Assembly: GCA_048940645.1 (NCBI GenBank)
Contig: JBHLOI010000019.1
Span: 1-57,023, forward strand
Direction: 5' to 3'
DNA: 57,023 nt
Source of the DNA: Promethearchaeota archaeon
GTDB taxonomy: Archaea; Asgardarchaeota; Lokiarchaeia; Sigyniarchaeales; SOKP01
Below the pieces are notes generated by a model. It saw nothing but the letters and a program-made list of their open reading frames with translations, ran no database searches and was not told the DNA's origin. Both the position numbers and the translations under genes were made by a program. The stretch's first letter is position 1, and each line of letters opens with the position of its first letter. Of this stretch, positions 48,938-57,023 are shown in pieces.

Positions 48938-50251
48938 TTGTCCACATTAATGAAACTTGCTAAAGAAGGAAAAACTACCAAAGAAATGGAAATTGTTGCT
49001 AAAAATGAACAAGTTGAATTAGAACTTATAAGGCGGGGTATAGCGAACGGTCGGATAATTATTCCTAAGTCGAATCAACGAGATACAGATCCTTTAGGAA
49101 TTGGAGAAGGGTTATTAGTGAAAATTAATGCTAATATTGGTTCAAGTAAAAGAGTATGTGATATTCAAGGAGAAGTAGAAAAAGCTAAAATAGCTGTCAA
49201 GTATGGTGCAGATACAGTTATGGATTTAAGTACAGGAATAACTGAAGAGGACGTTAAAAAAATTCGAAGTTTAATACTTAGCGACACAAAAGTTCCGATA
49301 GGTACCGTACCTATTTACCAATCAGCTTTGCGAGCTATTGAAAAAAAAGGTGCTATTATTAATTTTGATGAAGATGATTTATTTAATGTGGTTAAAGAAC
49401 AAGCTAAAGAAGGAGTAGATTTCTTTACCATACATGTAGGAGTAACTAAAGAGATTATTAATTATTTACAGGAGCATCCAAGAAATATGGGAGTGGTATC
49501 ACGTGGTGGAACCTTTTTGGCTGCTTGGATTCTCGAAAATGATTTAGAGAACCCTTTTAATAGAAATTATGATTATTTACTTGAAATGGCCATGGAATAT
49601 GATTTTACACTTTCACTTGGAGATGGCATGCGTCCAGGCTGTATTTTTGATTCTACAGATTATGCTCAGGTTCAAGAATTAATGGAAATATCGAAGTTAG
49701 TTAAAAGAGCTAGAGATAAAAACATTCAAGTAATGGTTGAAGGACCTGGTCATATTCCTGCTCATGAAATTGAAAGAAATATTAAAATTATGAAATCTGT
49801 ATGTGATGGAGCTCCATTTTATGTATTGGGTCCATTAGTTACAGATATAGCTCCTGGTTATGATCATCTTGTTAGCGCTATTGGTGGTGTGCTTGCTGGA
49901 TTAGCGGGTGCTGATTATTTATGTTATGTTACTCCTTCTGAACATTTAGCTCTTCCCAATAAAGAAGAGGTAAAACAAGGTGTTATTGCCTCTAAAATAG
50001 CCGCTCATGCGGTGAATATAGCTAAATATGGTAAAAAAGCTTCAGATTGGGATTATAAAATGGACGTTGCACGAAAAAATCTTGATTGGGAAGAAATGAT
50101 AAAGCAATCAATAGATCCTGAACTCTCAAGAGAAACGCATTATAGAAATGGTAACATAGATGATGATGTGTGTAGTATGTGCGGAGAGTTTTGTGCTATT
50201 AAACTTTTAAAAGATGCATTAGACAAAAAAGCCTTAAAAAAAGAATTTTAA
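48938..50251 (+). CDS. thiC: Phosphomethylpyrimidine synthase
   Basis: KINANIG, GADTVMDLSTG, VSRGG, EGPGH, APGYDH, CSMCGEFCA. Confidence 0.95.
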   Translation: MSTLMKLAKEGKTTKEMEIVAKNEQVELELIRRGIANGRIIIPKSNQRDTDPLGIGEGLLVKINANIGSSKRVCDIQGEVEKAKIAVKYGADTVMDLSTGITEEDVKKIRSLILSDTKVPIGTVPIYQSALRAIEKKGAIINFDEDDLFNVVKEQAKEGVDFFTIHVGVTKEIINYLQEHPRNMGVVSRGGTFLAAWILENDLENPFNRNYDYLLEMAMEYDFTLSLGDGMRPGCIFDSTDYAQVQELMEISKLVKRARDKNIQVMVEGPGHIPAHEIERNIKIMKSVCDGAPFYVLGPLVTDIAPGYDHLVSAIGGVLAGLAGADYLCYVTPSEHLALPNKEEVKQGVIASKIAAHAVNIAKYGKKASDWDYKMDVARKNLDWEEMIKQSIDPELSRETHYRNGNIDDDVCSMCGEFCAIKLLKDALDKKALKKEF

Positions 50252-50554
50252 CCATTGAAAGTTAAGCTTTAAATCAAATTAATAATTTTTTTAAGTTTCT
50301 TAATTAGTTCTTTTGAATTTTTACCTTATCATTGCTTCTTTTCCTACTGACCCTTTATACCATAGAATATCAGGAATTTTTCCAGTTTTGTTAAGGCTTT
50401 CCTTAATTAACCACTGAATTGTAAAAAAATCGTGGTTTTTTATTTCTTTTTTTTCATTAACGAAACTATTATATATATAATTCTCAAATTACAAATTGAC
50501 TTCTTTTTTTTAAGGAAAAAGAAGAAATTTAATTAAAAATTAACCGGTGTTATT

Positions 50555-52453
50555 ATGGAAAAAAATGTAAAAACTAGACTATTTTTCTTTATTGCAGTTG
50601 TGATAGTATTTTTTTCAGGAATTATGGCTTATGAATTTCAAACAAATTTTGGAACTATTGACATTCAGGAAGTAGCAATAACACATTCCGATGGAACAAA
50701 AATCGTGGGGAAATTATTTCGACCAATTGACGTAGATGATACTAATCCTGCTCCTGGAATCCTTGGTATCCATGGATATAATAACGATAAGGACGTGCAA
50801 CGAGGAACTGCTCTAGAACTAGCACGGGCTGGATTTGTGGTTTTGACAATTGATCAAATAGGTCATGGCGATTCTGAAGGGTTATTTACCACAACCACTC
50901 AAATTCAAGGCGCCAGCACGGCTTATGTTTGGCTAGCAAGACAATCTTTTGTTGATGGAGGAATGGGTGTATATGGTCATTCGATGGGCTATGTATCTGC
51001 TTTTTATTTTCCACTATACGGTTTTCCTGCAGATGTGTATGCTCCTAATGCTTCAATTTTTGAAACATTCCCACCTAGTCTTCAAAACTTTTTCGTCCAT
51101 AGAAATGTTTTGCATTTATGGGCAGAATACGAAGAATGGTATACTGTTGACTTGACTATAGTTGGACCAAATAATATCACTGCAGATATGACGGTGGATG
51201 AAGTTATCGAACAAGGATTAATCGTTGCTGGAATAAATGCAGGATTAGGTCCTGGGGTGCCTGGTGAAGTAGATACAACTTACGGTGACTTTTCAGTTGG
51301 TAATGCTTATCGAGAACATTTAGCTCGAGGCGTCACTCACCCTGGTTTAACTATGGATTTAGGATGCCAACAAGAATCTGTTGCTTGGATGTTGCAAGCT
51401 TTAAAGGGATACAATGAATCTGAGGCTTGGAATGCTGTTGCTGCTTTAGGTCAATTTTACTTGGGTGGGGAGATTTTCAGTGGTATTGCTCTACTTTTTA
51501 GCTTTATTTCAATGATCTTCTTATATCAATGGTTAATGTCAAGAAAATATTTTAGTGAAGTCGCACAACCAATGCCTACACGTGTGAGCATGATTACAAC
51601 GAAAAAATGGTTGTGGTGGACGGTTGCTGCCGTAAATGCAGCGATTGCAGGAGTAGTATATATCTTTTTCACTCATACAGATCTGGATTGGGGCTTTCAA
51701 ACTTCCCCGTCAAGCCCACTTGTAATGGGAATGATGAATAATTTCCTTGGATTTTATCTCATCTGTGCAGCTATCGCTGGAGCATTAGTGATCGTATGGG
51801 CACTTATCTCCCATTATACTGGTAGAGATAGAATTAAATTATATGATTTAGCGGCCACCTATGGAGAAGATAGTTTCGTAAAAAACCTTAAGAGCAAATC
51901 ATACTGGCGAATATTCGGAAAGACCTTATTAATAGTTATGATTCTTTTCTTTTGGTTGTATCTATTAGTTAGTATCTTCCAAACCTGGTTCATGATTGAA
52001 TTTAGAATCTTCTGGTCTTTTATGAAAATGTTTACAATCGAGCGTTTTTGGATATTCTTGCTTTATTTACCAATATTTTTACCATTTTTCCTCATAAATG
52101 GTGGAGTGTTTTTATTTGCAGAAATTCGACAAAAAGAGGCCAGTTCACCTAATAAAACTCAGATAATTTGGACGATCAAAGCTTGCTTTGCCATGTTGAC
52201 TGGGTTGTTGGTTGTTTTTCTTATTCAATATCTAGGACCTGTTTTCCGTGCAAATTACATATTTGAAGGTTGGGATTTTAATCCCATAATGCCTCTCCAG
52301 CTGATGGGAGTAATACCTCTATCTGTCTTAATATATTTCTTGATGGTTTATTTCTTCCGTAAGACGGGAAAGATATATCTTGGATCAATATTTGCAACAG
52401 TTATCACTGTTTGGTTCTTAACTACTGCAACTGTTGTAGGTTCATCATTATAA
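50555..52453 (+). CDS. Membrane-bound alpha/beta hydrolase
   Basis: HGY, GHGDS, GHSMG; C-terminal multi-TM region. Confidence 0.8.
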   Translation: MEKNVKTRLFFFIAVVIVFFSGIMAYEFQTNFGTIDIQEVAITHSDGTKIVGKLFRPIDVDDTNPAPGILGIHGYNNDKDVQRGTALELARAGFVVLTIDQIGHGDSEGLFTTTTQIQGASTAYVWLARQSFVDGGMGVYGHSMGYVSAFYFPLYGFPADVYAPNASIFETFPPSLQNFFVHRNVLHLWAEYEEWYTVDLTIVGPNNITADMTVDEVIEQGLIVAGINAGLGPGVPGEVDTTYGDFSVGNAYREHLARGVTHPGLTMDLGCQQESVAWMLQALKGYNESEAWNAVAALGQFYLGGEIFSGIALLFSFISMIFLYQWLMSRKYFSEVAQPMPTRVSMITTKKWLWWTVAAVNAAIAGVVYIFFTHTDLDWGFQTSPSSPLVMGMMNNFLGFYLICAAIAGALVIVWALISHYTGRDRIKLYDLAATYGEDSFVKNLKSKSYWRIFGKTLLIVMILFFWLYLLVSIFQTWFMIEFRIFWSFMKMFTIERFWIFLLYLPIFLPFFLINGGVFLFAEIRQKEASSPNKTQIIWTIKACFAMLTGLLVVFLIQYLGPVFRANYIFEGWDFNPIMPLQLMGVIPLSVLIYFLMVYFFRKTGKIYLGSIFATVITVWFLTTATVVGSSL

Positions 52454-52495
52454 TATATAACTAATTATCTTTTTTTTTTTATTTTCAATATTTTC

Positions 52496-53902
52496 CTAAT
52501 GATCTTCAATCAATTCTATAATATTTTGAAGTTTATTTATCATGTCCTTTGAATCTTTAGCAAAAACTCTGATGATAGCTTCTTTTCCTATAGATCCTTT
52601 ATCCCAAATAATGTCTGGTATTTTTCCTGATTCGTTAACGCTCTCTTTAATTAACCACTGCATAGTAGAAAATTCTTGCTCTTTTATTTCTTTAGGCTGT
52701 TTTTCCCTTACTATTTCACGTAATTTCAATGTTGTATTATTTCTAATTAAAGATATCCAATCAGGATGATATTTTAAATTCATTACAAAATTTATAGAAT
52801 TATCAAACTTTTTAGCAGCAAGGATTAGTCTTGCAGTATGATCTGAGACTCCAAATTTTATTTCACCAGAAGCCTTTGGATAATCGTTTATGATTGTAAT
52901 TCGACCTTCTATTCCAGCGACTTCAGACTTATCTCTTGCTTGTGGGAGAGAACATGAAATATTTAACCTTACTTCTGGAATTAATTGTGCAAATTTCTTA
53001 ATATTAGAAATATAATTATAAACTTCCTTGATTTGATTTATTACTTCTAATCTTTCTCTAGAAACAGTTAAATCAATTAATTGACCTGAATCTGGTAATT
53101 CAATAAAATTTTGGAACTTTTGATCGAAAAAATCTTCTGCCATTTCAATAGCTTTTATTATAGAATATCCTTTGGAAATAAATGCAGTTATAGCAGAGGA
53201 AAATACACATCCTGATCCGTGAACGTTTCTTTTAATTGAAATTTTCTCTTTTTTAAAAAGTTTAAAATCTAACTTCAATTCAGATTCTGTTTTTTTAGTA
53301 TAACTAACAATATCATAGATTTCATTTTGATTACTCAGTCCACTCTTAATAATAACAGCTTTTTCTATGTTCTTTACTTTTTTACCAGCATATAGTTTTT
53401 CCAAAAGATTATTTGCTACCTTTTTGAGTTTATCTCCATTTACTACTGTAATATCTTTTAAATTCATATTAGAATACCATTCTGCCTCTGAAATATTAGG
53501 TGTAAGAACTCTCACATGAGGAAAGAGATTTTTTTCAATTTCTAGCTCTAATCCTTCACTCGAAAGTCTTTCTCCTACACTAGATATTGAAATAGGATCA
53601 TATATAACAAATAGATCATCTTTTTTGATAAAATCAACAATAATATCGAGTGCTTTTACATCCGGGATCATACCCACTTTTACAAATTTAATGGGATAAA
53701 CACTTAAGATAGCATCTAATTGAAAATCAAGAGTATCTGAAAGAGATTTATATCCAAGGAATTTTGTAGCAGATTGATATGTAATGGCTGTTATAACAGA
53801 AAAAGGATGAACTCCGCATCTGTCAAAGGTTCTAATATCTGCTTGAATACCAGCCCCAGAAGTGGGATCTGAACCTGCAATTGTTAAGCAAAAATTTTTC
53901 AT
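52496..53902 (-). CDS. thiDN: Bifunctional HMP(P) kinase / thiamine-phosphate synthase ThiN
   Basis: LTIAGSDPTSGAGIQAD, TPN..EA, HGSGC; ThiN part LIPEVRLN, FGVSDHTAR, GKEAII. Confidence 0.92.
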   Translation of the reverse strand: MKNFCLTIAGSDPTSGAGIQADIRTFDRCGVHPFSVITAITYQSATKFLGYKSLSDTLDFQLDAILSVYPIKFVKVGMIPDVKALDIIVDFIKKDDLFVIYDPISISSVGERLSSEGLELEIEKNLFPHVRVLTPNISEAEWYSNMNLKDITVVNGDKLKKVANNLLEKLYAGKKVKNIEKAVIIKSGLSNQNEIYDIVSYTKKTESELKLDFKLFKKEKISIKRNVHGSGCVFSSAITAFISKGYSIIKAIEMAEDFFDQKFQNFIELPDSGQLIDLTVSRERLEVINQIKEVYNYISNIKKFAQLIPEVRLNISCSLPQARDKSEVAGIEGRITIINDYPKASGEIKFGVSDHTARLILAAKKFDNSINFVMNLKYHPDWISLIRNNTTLKLREIVREKQPKEIKEQEFSTMQWLIKESVNESGKIPDIIWDKGSIGKEAIIRVFAKDSKDMINKLQNIIELIEDH

Positions 53903-53928
53903 AATCTAAGTATTATAAAATTAAAGGC

Positions 53929-54501
53929 TTATTTAACTCTTTCATAAGCCCACTGTGCCTTATCAGTTAATCCAAGCGCCTCATATGCTTTACCAAGATA
54001 AAGAAACCCTTCAGGATAATCAAATTTTTCCTTAACTAATTTGAACAAAAAGTTTATTGCTAAATCATATCTCCCTTTTAAATAATTTACTTTGCCTTTA
54101 AGAAAAATAATGTTTCTACCTTTCTCGGTTGAGATTTTTTGTTCATTATGCATTTCTAATCTAGATAATGCATAATCATATTCTTTTTGTTCAATCAAAA
54201 TTTCAATTGATTCAATAAATTTCATAAATGCAATTTGATCGGTAACTTTTTCAATCTTCTCTACCGTTTCTTTCTTAGTTTCTTCTTCAAATGCTTTTCT
54301 TTTTTCCAGTTCTTTCTTATTAATATAAGCTTTGAATTTCTCAATAATGTTTTGAGGGTATGGCTCATTACATAATGGGCAGTTTGTGGAGTGGAGTAAC
54401 CATTCACGTAAACAATCACTATGAGTAGGATGACCATTTGGGCATTCTTGAAAATTCTCAACTTCGTTTATTCCCAAATGACATATAATACAACTAGCCA
54501 T
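53929..54501 (-). CDS. RING-H2 finger + TPR protein
   Basis: CIIC...CPNGHPTHSDCLREWL....CPLC; C-terminal TPRs. Confidence 0.85.
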   Translation of the reverse strand: MASCIICHLGINEVENFQECPNGHPTHSDCLREWLLHSTNCPLCNEPYPQNIIEKFKAYINKKELEKRKAFEEETKKETVEKIEKVTDQIAFMKFIESIEILIEQKEYDYALSRLEMHNEQKISTEKGRNIIFLKGKVNYLKGRYDLAINFLFKLVKEKFDYPEGFLYLGKAYEALGLTDKAQWAYERVK

Positions 54502-54626
54502 TACAATCCGAAAACGCTTTAATAAAATATAAAATTACTATTTTTAAGTTTATGTTGTTTAACATTATCCATGTTTATAATACATTCTAATATAATAATA
54601 ATATTCATAGCTCTTGAGGATTTACG

Positions 54627-56195
54627 ATGGCAATAAATATTGATCCGCTCTTCAAAGAATTATATACCAAATTCTTGGAAATTGACGATGATCTCGAAGC
54701 AGTCATTGTATCTGATCATGAAGGATTTGTAATCGCTGGAGAAAAGAAAGTTAGTGTAGATCTGGAATTAGTGTCGGTTCTAACTGGATTAATCCAACCT
54801 ATTTTAGAACGTATGAGAGATGAATTCGCCTTTAAGAAATTTGGAACTGCAAGTTTTGATACGGAGAATTACCGTTTATTGTTTATCTCCATTGATGAAA
54901 CTACAACTTTGAGTATAGTTCTAAATACCCTAGGTTCAATTGATAAAATTAGCCCTTATGGATATTTTCTAGCAGAGAAGACTGCCCAAATATTAAATGC
55001 AAAAGAGGGAGACCTCATTCAATTAACAATTCCGAATTTTGAAGTTGAAGTAAGTCTTTCTGAAAATTCTGGTAGGATAAAAGAACAAATATATCAAATG
55101 AGACTAGATTCAGGAGGTAAATATAAATTTAAATGTATATTTATTGGTGATCATGAAGTAGGTAAAACATCAATAATTCGACAATTTGTAGAAAAGAAAT
55201 TTTCTCAAGATTATCGATCAACGATTGGAATTGATATCCTTTCTTATTCAATAGAGTTTTATGGAAATGATATTATTTTTAATATATGGGATCTTGGAGC
55301 TCAAGAATTTTTCAAAAGATTTCGTAAAACATATTATTCTGGAACTCAAGCTGGATTCATAATATTTGATATTACAAATAGAGATTCATTTCTTCATGTA
55401 AAAGGTTGGTATAATGAAATAAAAGATACTTTAAAGGATATGCAGATACCGATTGTCATTATTGGAAATAAAATTGATTTAACTAACCAGAGAGTAATAA
55501 GCTATGAAGATGGTGTAAAGTTAACAAGTGAATTAGCAAGCGGTCAATATGAGGGAGGAATTTCATTTATTGAAACAAGTGCTTTAACTGGAGAAAGTAT
55601 AGAAGATGCTTTTAATTTAATAGCTTACCATTATATTATGAGAAGTATAGAAATAGAGGAACAACGTTTAAAGCTAGATTTGATGAATATATTAAATTCA
55701 ATATTAGATAAAAATGAAAAACTAGTAATTTCTTTTATCACTGAAAATCCTCTTTGGAGTCCAGGATTACAAATTTTAACAGAAATTAATAAATTATGTG
55801 ATTGTGAGAAAGTAAAAGACGATAAAGAGAACAGATTATATGAATATTCAAATGGTTTAGTAATAAAGAATTTTCTCTTTAATGATTTTGATGTTTCTGA
55901 TTCTGATGGTGTATTTATAATTTTTGATGCCAGAGAAAAGGACCATATTGAACCAAAATGGAAAGAAACTGTGATAAATATTATAAATAATATTACTGAA
56001 AATAAAGTAGCCTTAATAGGAATTAGAGTATCTGAAGCAATTGATTGGTCTCAATTAATGGAAGAATTTAATATTAATAACTACTTAGAGAATAAAATGA
56101 TTTCCTTGTTATTTTTCAAAATTGGTATTGAATATCGCCTTGAAATCTATGATCAGCTGGAAGTAATGTTAAATACAATCAAAGATATAAGTTAG
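54627..56195 (+). CDS. Roadblock + Rab-like GTPase + degenerate GTPase-like C-terminal domain
   Basis: EAVIVSDHEGFVIAG roadblock; GDHEVGKT, YRSTIG, WDLGAQ, GNKID, ETSA. Confidence 0.88.
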   Translation: MAINIDPLFKELYTKFLEIDDDLEAVIVSDHEGFVIAGEKKVSVDLELVSVLTGLIQPILERMRDEFAFKKFGTASFDTENYRLLFISIDETTTLSIVLNTLGSIDKISPYGYFLAEKTAQILNAKEGDLIQLTIPNFEVEVSLSENSGRIKEQIYQMRLDSGGKYKFKCIFIGDHEVGKTSIIRQFVEKKFSQDYRSTIGIDILSYSIEFYGNDIIFNIWDLGAQEFFKRFRKTYYSGTQAGFIIFDITNRDSFLHVKGWYNEIKDTLKDMQIPIVIIGNKIDLTNQRVISYEDGVKLTSELASGQYEGGISFIETSALTGESIEDAFNLIAYHYIMRSIEIEEQRLKLDLMNILNSILDKNEKLVISFITENPLWSPGLQILTEINKLCDCEKVKDDKENRLYEYSNGLVIKNFLFNDFDVSDSDGVFIIFDAREKDHIEPKWKETVINIINNITENKVALIGIRVSEAIDWSQLMEEFNINNYLENKMISLLFFKIGIEYRLEIYDQLEVMLNTIKDIS

Positions 56196-56338
56196 AAATA
56201 CACTCTATTCTTCTTTTATTGTATAAAGTAATGATTAATAAATAACCATTTTTAAAAATATGGGTTGCTATATTATTTTTAAGAATATTTTTAAATTTAT
56301 GAATATCATATCACTAATCCAAAAAAAAGGCGTTATCA

Positions 56339-57023
56339 TTGGTAATTAAAAGAAATAAACTTTTTCGTGAGTTATTAAGCAATTTTTTAGAGAGATTTGA
56401 GCAAGTGGAGGCTGTAATTATTTCTGATATTGAGGGTTTAATTATCGCTGGAGAAAAAAGAAAAGATATTGGTAGTGACCTGGAGATAGTTTCTGTTTTG
56501 ACTACTTTAATTAATCCTGTACTTGAAAGAATAAGAAATGAATTTGCGTTTCAAAAATTTGGTACTGCTAGTTTTGATACAGATGAATATCGATTATTAT
56601 TTGTTTCCATTGATCAAGAAAGAATTTTAAGCCTAATACTTACAAGCATGGCGTCTATTGACAAAATCTCACCTTATGCTTATTTCCTAACCGAGAAGAG
56701 TGCACAGATACTACATGCTCAAGAGGATGATTTGCTCCAATTAACTATACCAAATTTTGAGGAAGAAGTGGACAGGCATGAAAGATTAAAACAACAGATA
56801 TACCAAGTCGGTGATCTTGAAGAAAGAGGAGCTTATGCATTTAAATTCGTCATTGTCGGGGACCATGAAGTTGGAAAGACCTCTATTATTCGCAGATTCG
56901 TAGAACGGAAGTTTTCATATGATTACAGACCAACCATTGGTTTAAATATTCTAGCACATACGTTTACTTTTCAAGGAAATGAAATTAATTTAACACTTTG
57001 GGACATTGGAGCCCAGCAATACT
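56339..57023 (+). CDS. Roadblock + Rab-like GTPase paralog, runs off the window end (absent from the ORF track)
   Basis: TTG at 56339: MVIKRNKLF...EAVIISDIEG...EFAFQKFGTASFDT...GDHEVGKTSII...YRPTIG...WDIGAQ. Confidence 0.88.
   Translation, partial: MVIKRNKLFRELLSNFLERFEQVEAVIISDIEGLIIAGEKRKDIGSDLEIVSVLTTLINPVLERIRNEFAFQKFGTASFDTDEYRLLFVSIDQERILSLILTSMASIDKISPYAYFLTEKSAQILHAQEDDLLQLTIPNFEEEVDRHERLKQQIYQVGDLEERGAYAFKFVIVGDHEVGKTSIIRRFVERKFSYDYRPTIGLNILAHTFTFQGNEINLTLWDIGAQQY

Overview
AT-rich archaeal chromosomal window, most likely Asgard (Lokiarchaeia-like). This is inferred from several longin/roadblock proteins, Arf- and Rab-like small GTPases, a uDENN-like protein, a RING-H2/TPR protein and a Loki-CTERM-type surface protease. 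The best candidate for an undescribed system is a ~10 kb minus-strand cluster (3260-13145) next to a divergent Lrp regulator: tusA-dsrE-dsrF-dsrH-dsrE2-hdrC-hdrB-hdrA-mvhD-[MvhG fused to a shrunken, Cys-free remnant of a NiFe large subunit]-[FrhB with a whole GltD/SudA-like module inserted, plus a C-terminal wHTH]-tusA. It reads as an H2-independent, NAD(H)/F420-linked heterodisulfide-reductase complex coupled to a persulfide relay. hdrC has no canonical start upstream of its first Fe-S motif and appears to begin at ACG. A second candidate is a uDENN-like + 7TM + 7TM operon followed by an Arf-longin fusion (33194-36143). Other content: tandem roadblock-Rab-like GTPases with an atypical G3 motif, thiC/thiDN, a duplicated membrane-anchored ArsR cassette around an ABC exporter, and assorted hydrolases and transporters. 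No rRNA, tRNA, CRISPR array, transposase or selenoprotein was recognised. All assignments come from motif recognition by eye; no database search was run.
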